64,000 nt of DNA. It comes from Octopus vulgaris (taxonomy: Eukaryota). This document shows positions 1-12,184 of this stretch, in pieces. The notes beneath the pieces are model-generated. The model saw nothing but the letters and a program-made list of their open reading frames with translations. It was not told the origin of the DNA and did not search any database. A program made the position numbers and the translations under genes. How positions within the stretch are numbered: position 1 is the stretch's first letter; each line of letters begins with the position of its first letter. The stretch is taken from contig OX597815.1 of NCBI GenBank assembly GCA_951406725.2, positions 120,094,001-120,158,000 on the forward strand, in the 5' to 3' direction.

Positions 1-644
1 TACATACATATATATATATATAGTGATATATACTGAAGATTCTATGCATGCATACACTCATGCACATATGCAATTTCTGTGTCAGTTATTTATACACAGA
101 AATACTTTGCAACAAGAGAGAGAAGGGAGAACAAGAACGAGAGAAAGAGAGAGAGAGAGCGAGTGTGTGTATGTGTGTATGTCAATGTGTATATTCGTCT
201 CAACTCTACATTCTCAAATGCACGCACTTCCATTCACATATGTACCTTCCCAATCAGTTGCACACACTGTAACATACACATACACACACATGCACACACA
301 TGTATGTATGTATGTATATAAATACATGATGTCATACACAAACAGAATCATCCTCATGTAGTCACACACATATAACAACCAGCATATCATTACATAGAAT
401 TTCAAAGATGCATATGTAATACTACAATCATACACATCAGTGAGTGTATGTGTATGTGTGTGTGTGTGTGTGCTTGTGTGAGTGTATGTGTATGTACGTA
501 TGAGTGTACAATATATACACACAGAGTCAAATTTACATTCACATACTTCATACAGCTATACTGTTATTTACACCGTTCTTTGACCCATGTACAATCTTTT
601 ACACACACACACGCACACACACACACACACACACACTCACACAC

Positions 645-862
645 ACACAAGCAATCACCAATCTACACATATACTCATACAAGCAAATGCTCACACACAC
701 ACACAAGCAAACACCAATCTACACATATACACATACAAGCAAATGCTCACATACACACACAAGCAAACACCAATCTACATATATACACATACAAGCAAAT
801 GCTCACATACACACACAAGCAAACACCAATCTACATATATACTCATACAAGCAAATGCTCAC
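645..862. repeat. ~59-bp minisatellite (about 4 units) embedded in a (CA)n tract
   Basis: Repeated unit caagcaaacaccaatctacacatatacacatacaagcaaatgctcacatacacaca. Confidence 0.85.
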
Positions 863-1407
863 ACACACACATACACACACACACACACACATGCACGCTT
901 ACACACATCCATACCATTTTCACACTGACTTCTCTATCTTCAAACTTGATAGCAGACAAACAGGATGTAACTACAAAAGTTAATTGACAATGATTGGATG
1001 AGATGAACTGATCAGATTGTTGGAGGTCTTTTGAGCAGAACAACAGTACAAATCCCTTGGCAGATCAGTTGCAGCAACTATTTCTAGAGAAACACCAATG
1101 AAATGTTAAGACAAGCAGTAGCTAGCTGTGTCTAAAACATTCATTGCTTAATACATTGTCAACCAAACTATTCTGAATTAAACTAGCACACTGAGAAAGC
1201 TGCTGAAGATATTTATGGCTTTTCTGTTGAAAATGGTTAGTAGTATTCTTAACCATAATAGCATAGCCGATAATATTGGTCAGTTGCTTTGTGCAGCTGT
1301 TGTTGCAGTGAAACTAATTGCATATTCTTTGTACTGAAATGGAGTGGTGTTCTGGACATTACAATAACTCGTAAGCTAGACCTTGTTTTATAAAATATAC
1401 CTACATA

Positions 1408-1722
1408 GGTGCAGGAGTGGCTGTGTGGTAAGTAGGTTGCTTACCAACCACATGGTTCAGGGTTCAGTCCCACTGCATGGCACCTTGGGCAAGTGTCTTC
1501 TACTATAGCATCGGGCCGACCAAAGCCTTGTGAGTGGATTTGGTAGATGGAAACTGAAAGAAGCCCGTCGCATATATGTATATGTATGTTTGTGTATATG
1601 ATTATGTGTCTGTTTGTCCCCCCAACATCATTTGACAACCGATGCTGGTGTGTTTACATACCCGTAACTTAGCAGTTTGGCAAAAGAGACCAATAGAATA
1701 AGTACTAGGCTTCCAAAGAACA
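1408..1722 (+). mobile_element. tRNA-derived SINE, main family of this window
   Basis: Head ggtgcaggagtggctgtgtggtaag...gggttcagtccc with Pol III A/B-box-like motifs; body gggcaagtgtcttctactatagc...gaaactgaaagaagccc; more than 12 similar copies in the window. Confidence 0.85.
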
Positions 1723-2008
1723 AGCATGACCATTGCCAGGGCCTCTGACTGGCTTCTGTGCTGGTGGCATGTAAAAAGCACCATTCGAGCATGTATATGA
1801 TTTTTAAGCATGTTTTTCTGCTCCTCTAAACTTTTTCTTTTATTTACAATTGGTAGACAAAATAATTGTTGAAACCAGTTTGGTATTTTGATAAATTTGC
1901 TACAAAATTTTAAAATTGCAATTTTTTTAACACTAAGGCGTATTTTTAACCCCACCTAAACCAGCTCCCCGATATTCTTTCTTGCACAGGAATGCAATTC
2001 TTTTCTCC

Positions 2009-2058
<50 letters not shown>

Positions 2059-2083
2059 TTATATACGTATATATATGTATATA

Positions 2084-2139
<56 letters not shown>

Positions 2140-2146
<7 letters not shown>

Positions 2147-3156
2147 AAACTGAGAATGTGTGTCTGTCTGTCTGTGTGTTTCCCTAAAACTTGAGACCTA
2201 CACAACCAATTTCATTCAAATTTTACACATGCCTTACTTAGGGTCCATGTAGTTTCATGGGCAAAAAAAAAATGTTCAACTTCTTACCTAGAGCGAGCCC
2301 ATAGCAATATCATATCTTCTCCACTATTTCAGTATTACATGTTAAAAGTGAAACAAAAACGTTTCTCTATTTTATGTCAGATACTTTCACTTTAACAATA
2401 AAATAATAATAACAGCTGAATTATATGTAGTAAGTAATAATTAAAATCAAACTAAAGTATAATATAATCGTAACATAACAAAAGTAAAAATAGCAATTGG
2501 TATAAAATTGCATCAATGACTTGAACTTGAATAAGTGGTTTCACAGGAATGAAGATTTGAACACATGAAGATTTGAAAAAAGAAGATTTGAACACATGGA
2601 GGAAAGCACCTTCGCAAAGTGTCTTGGTGCGACTATGAAAGGTATCTAATCAGAGGTGGTAAATTCGCCACAATAGAAGCAACGTTTGAGTCAAAGGAGC
2701 GTGCAAAGTGGAAATATTTTATTTTATATATATATATATGTGTGTATATATATACATATTGGCCTGCTCGCTTAGCCAGCGGGGTGGTGTCATTCAAAGG
2801 CTAAAACAATGCGAATGCATTGTGACCAGCGATGTGTAGCAACATCTGATGTAGGACGTCCTGGAAAAAAATTTGAAATGCCCCCCCCACCCCAGAAGTA
2901 GAGGTAGGCTGGATTGTAGCCACACTTCTATACAAGAGGGAGGACAAGATACAATTGATCTAAATTACAAGAGACGGGCTAACAATTCCAGTCTGTTATA
3001 TATTTTGAGTATTGTTATCACTAGCGATATCAAGATATAACTTTGTATTTTGTATTTTATGTGTAGATGTTGTACATGTAATATGTACACATATATATAT
3101 ACACATATATACATGCACTAGCACTATGACCCGGCAACAACGGGTCTTTAATGCTA

Positions 3157-3157
<1 letters not shown>
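2140..3157 (+). mobile_element. Non-autonomous Helitron-like element
   Basis: 5' tatataaaactgagaatgtgtgtctgtctgtc; 3' hairpin gacccg-gcaacaa-cgggtc followed by CTAG|T; a second copy lies on the - strand at 23165-24312. Confidence 0.75.
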
Positions 3158-3187
<30 letters not shown>

Positions 3188-3188
<1 letters not shown>

Positions 3189-3995
3189 TAGCTTAAGGTG
3201 ACCCGCTCTACGTGCGGGTAAGAGTGTGGTTGTTATTTTCTATTGCTTCCTTTCTGTTTTTTATCACCACATTCTCCCTCTTTGTTTCTCTCTCCTTTCT
3301 TTCTCACTTTCCCACCTCTTACTCTTCCTTTCTCTCGGACTCTCCCTCGCTTTCTCTTACTCTCTATCTTTCTCTGTCTCTCTCCGATTTATAAACAACA
3401 AAAGATCTTGAGTAAGTTGAGAAAGAAAATATTTTGAAAGATCAATCATAAATATCAGGCAGTGACAACGGAAAGGTCTGCTTCAAGGCAGACAGCAAAA
3501 CACTAACATTTAAAAGGGACAAAGTTTGAAAGGATAGAATCTGAGGATAGTAGAGTCACCATGGCTGGCATTTCTTAATGATGGACAGCAACGTAGTGGC
3601 AGTTTAACGGCTGGCGTAAAATTTTGAACTTGATGTAAAAAAAAATTCCTAAACACCAAGTTTTGAAGTGATTCTTTCTCACGACAGTAGACTCACCATG
3701 GCAAGCATTCAAAACTTCTTCATGGTGGACAGCAACACATTGAAGATTTAAAGGCTAGCGCAAATTTTTTAGCTTCATGTAACAGAGAATGCCTAAACAC
3801 CCACTCCCTGTAAATTTTAATCTCCTTCCAGCCTCATTTAGACCCCTTTTCACATTTTGGTTAATATAACCCGATTTCATTCGGGACTACTCGGGCCACA
3901 TTTTATAAGATGAGGAATTTTGTCCTAGAGGTCACGCCTTTCATTTGAGGAAAAAAATAGTTGCCATGCAAACTCGCCAGCACTTTTAACATAGA
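3188..3995 (-). mobile_element. Non-autonomous Helitron-like element (second family)
   Basis: On the - strand it starts A|TCTATGTTAAAAG and ends with hairpin acccgc-acgtaga-gcgggt plus CTAG|T. Confidence 0.65.
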
Positions 3996-4053
3996 TGCAC
4001 ATATTTTCAGTTCAACTGACCACATAATGCACACATTAGATATATATATATAT

Positions 4054-5686
4054 ATGATATTAACTCTGATGCGCACTCTTCACCTTTCTGTCCCATCCCT
4101 ATTCTTTGATTTTCTTTTTCCTCTACTTAACTTGTCTCTTCCTCTCTCTCTCATTCTTCACTCTCTCTCTCCCCCTCACCATTCTTCATGGTTTCCTCCC
4201 AGCCATTCCCCTTCTTCTCTCCCTTCCTCTTGCTCCTCCTCCCCCCTTCCCGTCGTCCACCCGCGACGATACTTCGGCTCTGACTGTCTTTCTGGCCTGG
4301 CCTTTCAAGGTAACGGACGACATTCTTCCTGCTCCCCTGTCATTCACAAAAATTCTACGTTTGCAATACTTTTTTCGTTCGGCGTCAACAGCCCTTCTTA
4401 TCTTGTTTTACCCTGTCCTGTCTTTTACTGTTTATATTTTTGTACTGTCGTTACTGTCCTGTTCTTTTACCATTTTTTTACCATTTTTTACCCCTCTGCG
4501 AAAAGATCTCAGAATTTTAATTGATTTGCTTTTCGCAGGAAGGAAAGTTTCTTGTCGAAGATACGTCTCGCTTTTATCCTTCGAAACGTAGAGTAGATGA
4601 AACCATAGCGACTGAAGAAGGGGTTTTTTCTTTGTGTTAATTGTCCTGTACTCCATTTTTTTGTTGTTTTAAAAAAAATATCCAGTTCCTTTGGTTTGTG
4701 TCTATGTTTTCGTTTCTCTTTGTGTTCGACGTCCCTTTGGTGTCCTGTACTCATATATGCGTGTATATGTACATGTAGAGGTAGGTACGTACATATATGT
4801 TTATATATATGCATATGTTTTATTTCATTTATTAATATATTATATGACTAAACGCACACCCCCTTAAGTAAGATTGTTCTGTATATCAAGTTTTGGTCTT
4901 GATATTAACTCTGACGTGCACTCTTCACCTTTCTGTCCCATCCCTATTCTTTGATTTTCTTTTTCCTCTACTTAACTTGTCTCTTCCTCTCTCTCTCATT
5001 CTTCACTCTCTCTCTCCCTCTCACCATTCTTCATGGTTTCCTCCCAGCCATTCCCCTTCTTCTCTCCCTTCCTCTTGCTCCTCCTCCCCCCTTCCCGTCG
5101 TCCACCCGCGACGATACTTCGGTTCTGACTGTCTTTCTGGCCTGGCCTTTCAAGGTAACGGACGACATTCTTCCTGCTCCCCTGTCGTTCACAAAAAATT
5201 CTGCGTTTGCAATACTTTTTTCGTTCGGCGTCAACAGCCCTTCTTATCTTGTTTTTCCCTGTCCTGTCTTTTACTGTTTATATTTTTGTACTGTCGTTAC
5301 TGTCCTGTTCTTTTACCATTTTTTTACCATTTTTTACCCCTCTGCGAAAAGATCTCAGAATTTTAATTGATTTGCTTTTCGCAGGAAGGAAAGTTTCTTG
5401 TCGAAGATACGTCTCGCTTTTATCCTTCGAAACGTAGAGTAGATGAAACCATAGTGACTGAAGAAGGGGTTTTTTCTTTGTGTTAATTGTCCTGTACTCC
5501 ATTTTTTTGTTGCTTTTAAAAAAATGTCCAGTTCCTTTGGTTTGTGTCTATGTTTTCGTTTCTCTTTGTGTTCGACGTCCCTTTGGTGTCCTGTACTCAT
5601 ATATGCATGTATATGTACATGTAGAGGTAGGTATGTACATATATGTTTATATATATGCATATGTTTTATTTCATTTATTAATATAT
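4054..5686. repeat. Near-identical tandem duplication with 846-bp period (4054-4840 and 4900-5686)
   Basis: The same ORF translation recurs at an offset of 846 (4432 vs 5278); direct sequence match. Confidence 0.95.
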
Positions 5687-5989
5687 ATATATATATGTAC
5701 ATATATACACATTATATATATATAGATGTGTGTGTGTGTACGCATTATATATACATATGTATACTAATTATATGTATATATCATGTGATCACGTGACCGA
5801 CCAGACCATCAGATGTTGCTACACATCGCTGGTCACAATGCATTCGCATAGTTTTAGCCTTCGAATGACACCACCCCGCTGGCTAAGCGAGCAGGCCAAT
5901 ATGTATATATATACACACATATATATATATATATAAATAGATATATAAACTTTGTATATATACATTATATATACATATTTACATATAGA

Positions 5990-6020
<31 letters not shown>

Positions 6021-7591
6021 AATTAACCCAATAAATATCTGATTCATAATATTTGTTCTCATGATTGTGTGGTGGATGTAGCGATAATAATTCTCTCTAT
6101 GAATGCAGACAGAAGTAGAGAGAGAGAGAGGATGTGGTAGAAAGTGTGAATGCGGTGGGGGTAAGATAGTAGATGTTGTCAAACGACGTTATAGAGAGAA
6201 AGTGAAAGGAAAGGAGGAAAGAGAGAGACATGGAGGAAGACAGGCAGATAAAAGAATGAGAGAAGACTTGTCAAAGTGTGCGTTTTTTGCCCTAGTAACC
6301 ACACCTTTTAAGATAGGGATTTCTAACCTAACCCACTCACATTCTCACCTCCTTTTGCATGTCCCTGTAAATTTTGGAGTCAATCCGACGGGATCTAGTG
6401 CCCTTTAACACATTCCAATGCCAAAAATTTTGGAAGAGGAGTCTTGCAAGTCTACCAGATAGATGGAAGAGCATTGTAGAAAATGAATGAGAGTATATCT
6501 AAAATTAAAAAAAGAATTTTGTTTATCTTAATTTCAGTTAATTTTGAAAATACTTTGTCATAGTCAAGCTGGTGTCTAGAATATAATTTAAAATGAAATT
6601 TTGATGAAAGGTTTTTACTTTAAATCATTTTAAAACAGGACGTTTGTATTGTATTGTATTGTAGAAGATCCATGGGAAATCTCAGACAGCTTGGTATCAA
6701 GAGGGTTAAGAAATAAAACACAAGTTTGGAAGGATCAAAGATAAAATTGGAATATAAATAGTGGGAGAAAATAGTGTGAAATGATTTGTAACTAAAGCAG
6801 AAATAGTACATGACAGAATAAACTTTGAAGCCAGCTTCTTGGAACAGTTCTTTGTTTCTTTTTTCTGTTATTTTAACTGAAGTTTATTTCATGTTATGTT
6901 CACCTCAAAGAACTTGTTTGTACCTGCTAGTCATTAATTCACCATGGAAGTCTTTCCATCAAATTCTTCATTCACTCATGTAAATTATATATCCAGAACA
7001 CTAAAACTCTGCCTCAAGGATCTTTGTTTCCTGGTTACTGATGCAGTTCTGTCAGCTTGGTACAAGTACACATGACTTTGGAAAAGAGGCAAAATGTTTT
7101 GTTGAGCGGAATCCAGTGGTAACGCATCCAGCTAATTTTCTTTAAACTTTTTTTCAGTCCCCTTCTTGAGGGAGCAGTTATTTGACAGAGAGATATAGCA
7201 AAGAAGGAGAAATAGAGTTGGAGACAATGTGGTTCAAGGGAACACACCTGATAAACCAAAGAAGAACAAGCAGAGAGAGTATTAGTGCAAACAAAAATTA
7301 TATTTAGTATTGTAATTCTCATAGCAATACATTCAAAACAAATACTCATGTAAAAGGACACCCAACACTTTTGTTTAATTATTGTATAATTAAGGACAAT
7401 TAGACACAGAATACAGTATTAACCTAATTAACAGAGAATGTCTAACAGGAGATGAGATGAGAACATTCGTGCTTGTCACAGAGTCAATGTTTCAAAATGT
7501 TTTTTTAGTCTTTGAAAAAGCAATCCCAGATTACCAGAGCTATAGTTGTTAGGATGGTTTGAGAAATAATGGAAAGATTTGAAATAGATAA

Positions 7592-7651
<60 letters not shown>

Positions 7652-8053
7652 GAATAGGAAGCTGGACATAGTCTTAATTGAGGAAGAAAACAAACTATAC
7701 TGGATCATAGACATAGCATGCTCAGCTGACAACAAGGTATGTGATAAGGAAGAAAGAAAAGTCGAGAGATATGACAAGTTAGCTTGGGAGGTTAAGCAGT
7801 TGTGATCAATGAAAAAGGTAGCAGTAGTACCAATAATTGTCGGAGCCCTGGGAACAGTGAGCAAAAACTTCGAGAAGTATGTGGAACAAATAGGGGCTGC
7901 AATAAGAGTGGAGCACTTGCAGAAAACAGCACTGCTTGGAACCGCTCGAATACTCCAGAAGGTACTTGAAAAATAAGAAGTGTTACCTTAGTTCACTGGA
8001 ATTGAACAGCTGACACTGTAGTACATCCCCAGCATTAGAAGCTGTGCAAAGGC

Positions 8054-8054
<1 letters not shown>
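7652..8054 (+). mobile_element. 5'-truncated R4/Dong-clade LINE (C-terminal restriction-like endonuclease plus 3' UTR)
   Basis: Translation RKLDIVLIEE..WIIDIAC..KVERYDKLAWEVKQL*..VVPIIVGALG..LQKTALLGTARILQKVLEK*; (TAA)n on both sides. Confidence 0.85.
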
Positions 8055-8104
<50 letters not shown>

Positions 8105-8154
8105 AATGATAATGATAATAATAATAATAAAATAATAATAATGATAATGATAAC

Positions 8155-8215
<61 letters not shown>

Positions 8216-8218
<3 letters not shown>

Positions 8219-8475
8219 GTTACAATATAGAAGCGAAAGAATTTGACAAGATCAGTAAATATAAAGACTTGCTAATAGAAATTGAGAAAATGTGGCATCT
8301 CAAGGCGACTACAGTACCAGTGATTGTAGGATCTCTAGGAATGATAAAAAAAAGGTAATGAAACCTATTTGAATATGTTACCAGGCTTACCATTTTTGGT
8401 AATTGTGTTAACTGGAATGACTCATGTGTGTTAACTGGAATGACTCATGTACTGAGAAGAGCATTATTGCTGTGA
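8216..8475 (+). mobile_element. R4/Dong-clade LINE 3' fragment (second, divergent subfamily)
   Basis: KEFDKISKYKDLLIEIEKMWHLKATTVPVIVGSLG...VLTGMTHVLRRAL; begins at the end of a (TAA)n run. Confidence 0.8.
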
Positions 8476-9032
8476 CAACAACATCCATTCCTGAATTTAT
8501 TTATTTATTAATCTTTTTTAAATACAGGAGGAATTACAACCATGTTTCGTGGTCTGCTACCACAACAGCTCCTTTATAGGATCCAGTTAGCTGAAGACAT
8601 CATCAGGAGGAACCATGTCCGGTTTTGGCCCCTACTCCTCTACCATTTTGACATGGCGCCCCCCCCCCCCCCCCTTTGGAGGGGTCTTCAGCTCTGGTGT
8701 TGGGTGCATGTCTTCTTTCTTCTTCTTTCTTCTGTTCCCTGGCCTCTTCGATGCGTCAGCGAGTGTCAGCTGGTGACTGACTGACTTGTCTAATTTCTCC
8801 CTTTAAATACCTGCTGCTAGGCTCCAGCAGGCAGCCCCAGCAAGTTGTCACATGACACTGTCTCACCTTAACTGAGAATTTGCATGTGTAATCTGGGAAT
8901 GCATACAATGAACTTCTCTGCCCTAGGTGTATGGAAAACACTCGGTGAGAAATGGAAGAAAATTTGAAGAAAAAAGTAAAAATAAAAACAATAATGATGA
9001 TGATGATAATAATAATAATAATAATAATAATA

Positions 9033-9585
9033 AATGCACTGCTGCAGTACCAAACAGTGGCTCTTGTGGCTTCTGATCTTAACTGATTGGAAGTGTTATC
9101 ATGTACATTGTTTTGTCTTGGTATAAAAAATGGGCTACAGCAAATATTCTGCTCAATACCACAGATTTGCTTGTCAGTTGTTTGACCTTAACCAGTTGAG
9201 CATGTCCCTTACTGGCTGACGATATGTGCATTTCTGATCATGAGCAGAAGTAGTGGGGAAGCATCATAGCCATGTGTTGAAAGGAATTTTTGGAGGTTTG
9301 GATAATTCACCTTTGGGAACATGGGTGGTTCCTGCAACATCCTTAATCCTTATTCAAGGACCTTTTGAGTGGGATGGGCTACTCGACCAGAAGAAAATTC
9401 TAAGTGGGCCCTACCTGTAAGGTCATGTGCTGTTTATCTTGATATGAGATCACCATGTCGCACACATATGGCTGTGATGCATGTGCCTGGTGTACCCTTA
9501 TCAGACGGGTAGTCATGATGGGTATACTGGGCTTCGTATATTTTACCCCAGTGTCACTTTGATGGCATGCACTGCTCTCTCACTC
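9033..9585. mobile_element. ~560-bp non-coding interspersed element flanked by (TAA)n, copy 1
   Basis: Aligns end to end with 9698-10259; both copies are bounded by TAA repeats. Confidence 0.75.
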
Positions 9586-9618
<33 letters not shown>

Positions 9619-9697
9619 TGTTGACAGCTGACACTTTCCATCATACCTAGCAAAATAAGCTGTGAGTTTTCATATAATAATAGTAATAAAAATAATT

Positions 9698-10258
9698 GCC
9701 TTGATGCAGTGCCAAACAGTAGTTCTCATAGCTTCTGATCTTAATTGACTGGAAGTGTTATCATGTACATTGTTTTATGTTGGTATAAAAGGTGGGCTAT
9801 AACAAATATTCTGCTCAATACCACAGATTTGCTTGTCAGTTGTTTGTCCTTGGCTTGTTGAACATATCCCTTAGAGGCTGACGATATGTGTATCTCTGAT
9901 CAAGAGCAGGAGTAGTTGGGGAGCAGCATAGTTATGTGTTGAGAATTCTTTGGAGTTTGGATAATTCTTAGGAGTTTGGATAATAATGAAACATAGGTGT
10001 TTCATTCAACATCTTTAAACAATCCTTATTCAGTGACCTTTTTAGTGGGATGGGGTACTCAACCTGAAGAAAATTCCAACTGTGCCCCACCTGCAATGTC
10101 ATGCACTGTTAATCTTGATATGAGATCACTGTGTCGTGCACATATGGTTGTGATGCATATGCCTGGTGTACCCTTATCAGATGGGTAGTCATGATGGGTA
10201 TATTGGGTTTTGTATATTTTACCCCAGTGTCACTCTAATGGCATGCACTGCTCTCTCA

Positions 10259-10259
<1 letters not shown>
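9698..10259. mobile_element. ~560-bp non-coding interspersed element flanked by (TAA)n, copy 2
   Basis: Same termini as copy 1 (gatgcagtgccaaacag ... gcatgcactgctctctca). Confidence 0.75.
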
Positions 10260-10316
<57 letters not shown>

Positions 10317-10371
10317 TAACAATAACAATAACAACAACAACAACAACAACAATAATAATAATGATGATAAT

Positions 10372-10590
10372 AAAATTGGGAAATATCAGGATCTAGTCAG
10401 AGACCTGAGGAAACTGTAGAAGACTAAGACAAAAATTATTCCTACAGTAATTGGTGCACTTGGTACAACACTCAAAATGCTACCAAAAAGACTGAAAGAG
10501 TTTGGAATTGAAACTCACACTGTTGACTTTGCAGAAAAGTACCATCTGATATTATGCAAGAATTCAAAAGAAGGTTCTTGAGATTTGAGG
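10372..10590 (+). mobile_element. R4/Dong-clade LINE 3' fragment (third subfamily)
   Basis: KIGKYQDLVRDLRKL*KTKTKIIPTVIGALG...LQKS...ARIQKKVLEI*; follows a (TAA/CAA)n run. Confidence 0.75.
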
Positions 10591-10729
10591 AAATTGACCC
10601 TGAAAGAATTCAATGCAATGTTGAACTTGGTGGGATTTGAAGTCAGAATATGAAGAGTTGGAAGAAATACCACAAGACACTTCATTTAATGCTGTAACGT
10701 GTCTGCCACTCCATTAACCATATAATAAC

Positions 10730-11315
10730 TTCTAATGTAGACACAAGGTCAGCAATTTTGATCAAAAGGCAATCAGTTACATCAACCCTACTACTTTATC
10801 TTTTTGATCTTGAAGGGATGAAAGACAAAGTTAATATTAGAAGTTTGAACACAGAACGGTAATAATGCTTTATGATCCTTTCTACTAAAGGCCTGAATTT
10901 TGTGAGAAGGGGACAGTCAATCAAATCAACCCCAGTACTTGACGAGTACTTAATTTATCGACCTTGAAATGGTGAAAGGTAAAACTGACCTCAGCAGAAT
11001 TTGAACTCAGAATGTAAAGACAGACAAAATGTCACTATGTATTTTGTCCATCACTCTAGCAATTCTGCCAGCTTGTCACCTTATTCAATACTTTAATAAT
11101 GGTTTCAAATTTTTCAACAAGGGCAGCTATTTTGGGGGAGAGGATTTGTCAATTACATCGATCCCAGTGTTCAACTGACACTTAATTTATTGACCCCGAA
11201 AGGATGAAAGGCAAAGTCAACCTCAGTGGAATTTGAACTCAGAATGTAGTGACAGACGAAATACCGCTAAGCATTTCGTCCAGTGAGCTAACAATTCTGC
11301 CAGTTCACTACCTTC
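10730..11315 (-). mobile_element. Three tandem copies of a second tRNA-derived SINE family
   Basis: Repeated ttaatttattgaccccgaaaggatgaaaggcaaagtcaacctcagtggaatttgaactcag; B-box gagttcaaattcc on the - strand. Confidence 0.7.
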
Positions 11316-12184
11316 AATTCAATGCTTTAATAATAACTGGAAAATTAAGAGCCAAGGCAAAGAATTAGATCAGAAAATAACCCATGCACATAAAACCACC
11401 ATACTATTTAGTTATATGGGTGTTGATGTCTGTGAGAAGAGATGTCTGGCTCTAGTAAGGGACACTCTGAAAGGTATATAGAAGCTTCAGCATAGTGATG
11501 CAGTTCCTTAACTGGAAGAATGCCAACTGGGTGTTGATTAGGTTCAGTCTGCTTGTACAGAGTTTTGAGCTGGCGAAGCCTGGATGTGTGAGTGGAGCGA
11601 ATGGCAGGTGGGAGGATCAGTGAACCAAAGATAAGGAAGCCCTCTCTGAAGGTCACTTGCACCTAGTGGAGTAATGGTCACATGTCCAAGATGAAGGCTA
11701 AGAAGCACACTGCATTGTAATTGAAGTTCACAACTGCTGATAAAGTTAACTCATCTTCAGAAGAAAGAAGTCTTCTATCATCTCATATCATAACAATGCA
11801 TGACCATAGATCATAATTAATGAAGGGAGGTTCAAGTACTTGAACAACTCATTATCAAATGACTGTGTATTGGTCAAATCATTACAACACCGGAATAAAT
11901 ACTTTGCAGTATTTGTTCTGGTTCTTTATTCATGGTATACTTTTCCAATTAATTATGTCTAAGAAGTATTACATTTATTCTTCTATTCTATGAATAAATT
12001 TTTAGATATGAAACCATTCAGTAACATAAACTGGCTGTTGTAGGACTAAATTTTAGAAAAATTAATTGTATACATAATATATATGTATATATAAATAGTA
12101 AAATAAGGTTTTGAATAAAAACAGAACATTTATAAATGGGGAAACTTAATACATAAAAGCTAAATTTATAAAACTTTTTTAACT

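Noticed and set aside
23-987. His/Thr/Tyr/Ile/Cys/Val-rich ORFs here and throughout (e.g. 17521-18992, 22269-23318, 36896-37168, 39651-39952)
   Set aside because: Translations of (CA)n, (TA)n, (GAT)n and (GATA)n microsatellites
1408-1480. tRNA gene
   Set aside because: A/B-box-like motifs run directly into a SINE body repeated many times; no complete cloverleaf
3961-5437. Hydrophobic 139-187-aa ORFs suggesting membrane proteins
   Set aside because: Products of pyrimidine-rich low-complexity sequence; frameshifted between the two tandem copies
8530-8612. Hammerhead on the - strand (CTGATGA...GAAAC)
   Set aside because: Core words are present but stem I does not pair convincingly; at best a decayed copy
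11408-11662. GC-richer ORF, possibly a CR1/L2 RT remnant (QLKTLYK)
   Set aside because: Similarity is limited to a few residues and cannot be supported without a search
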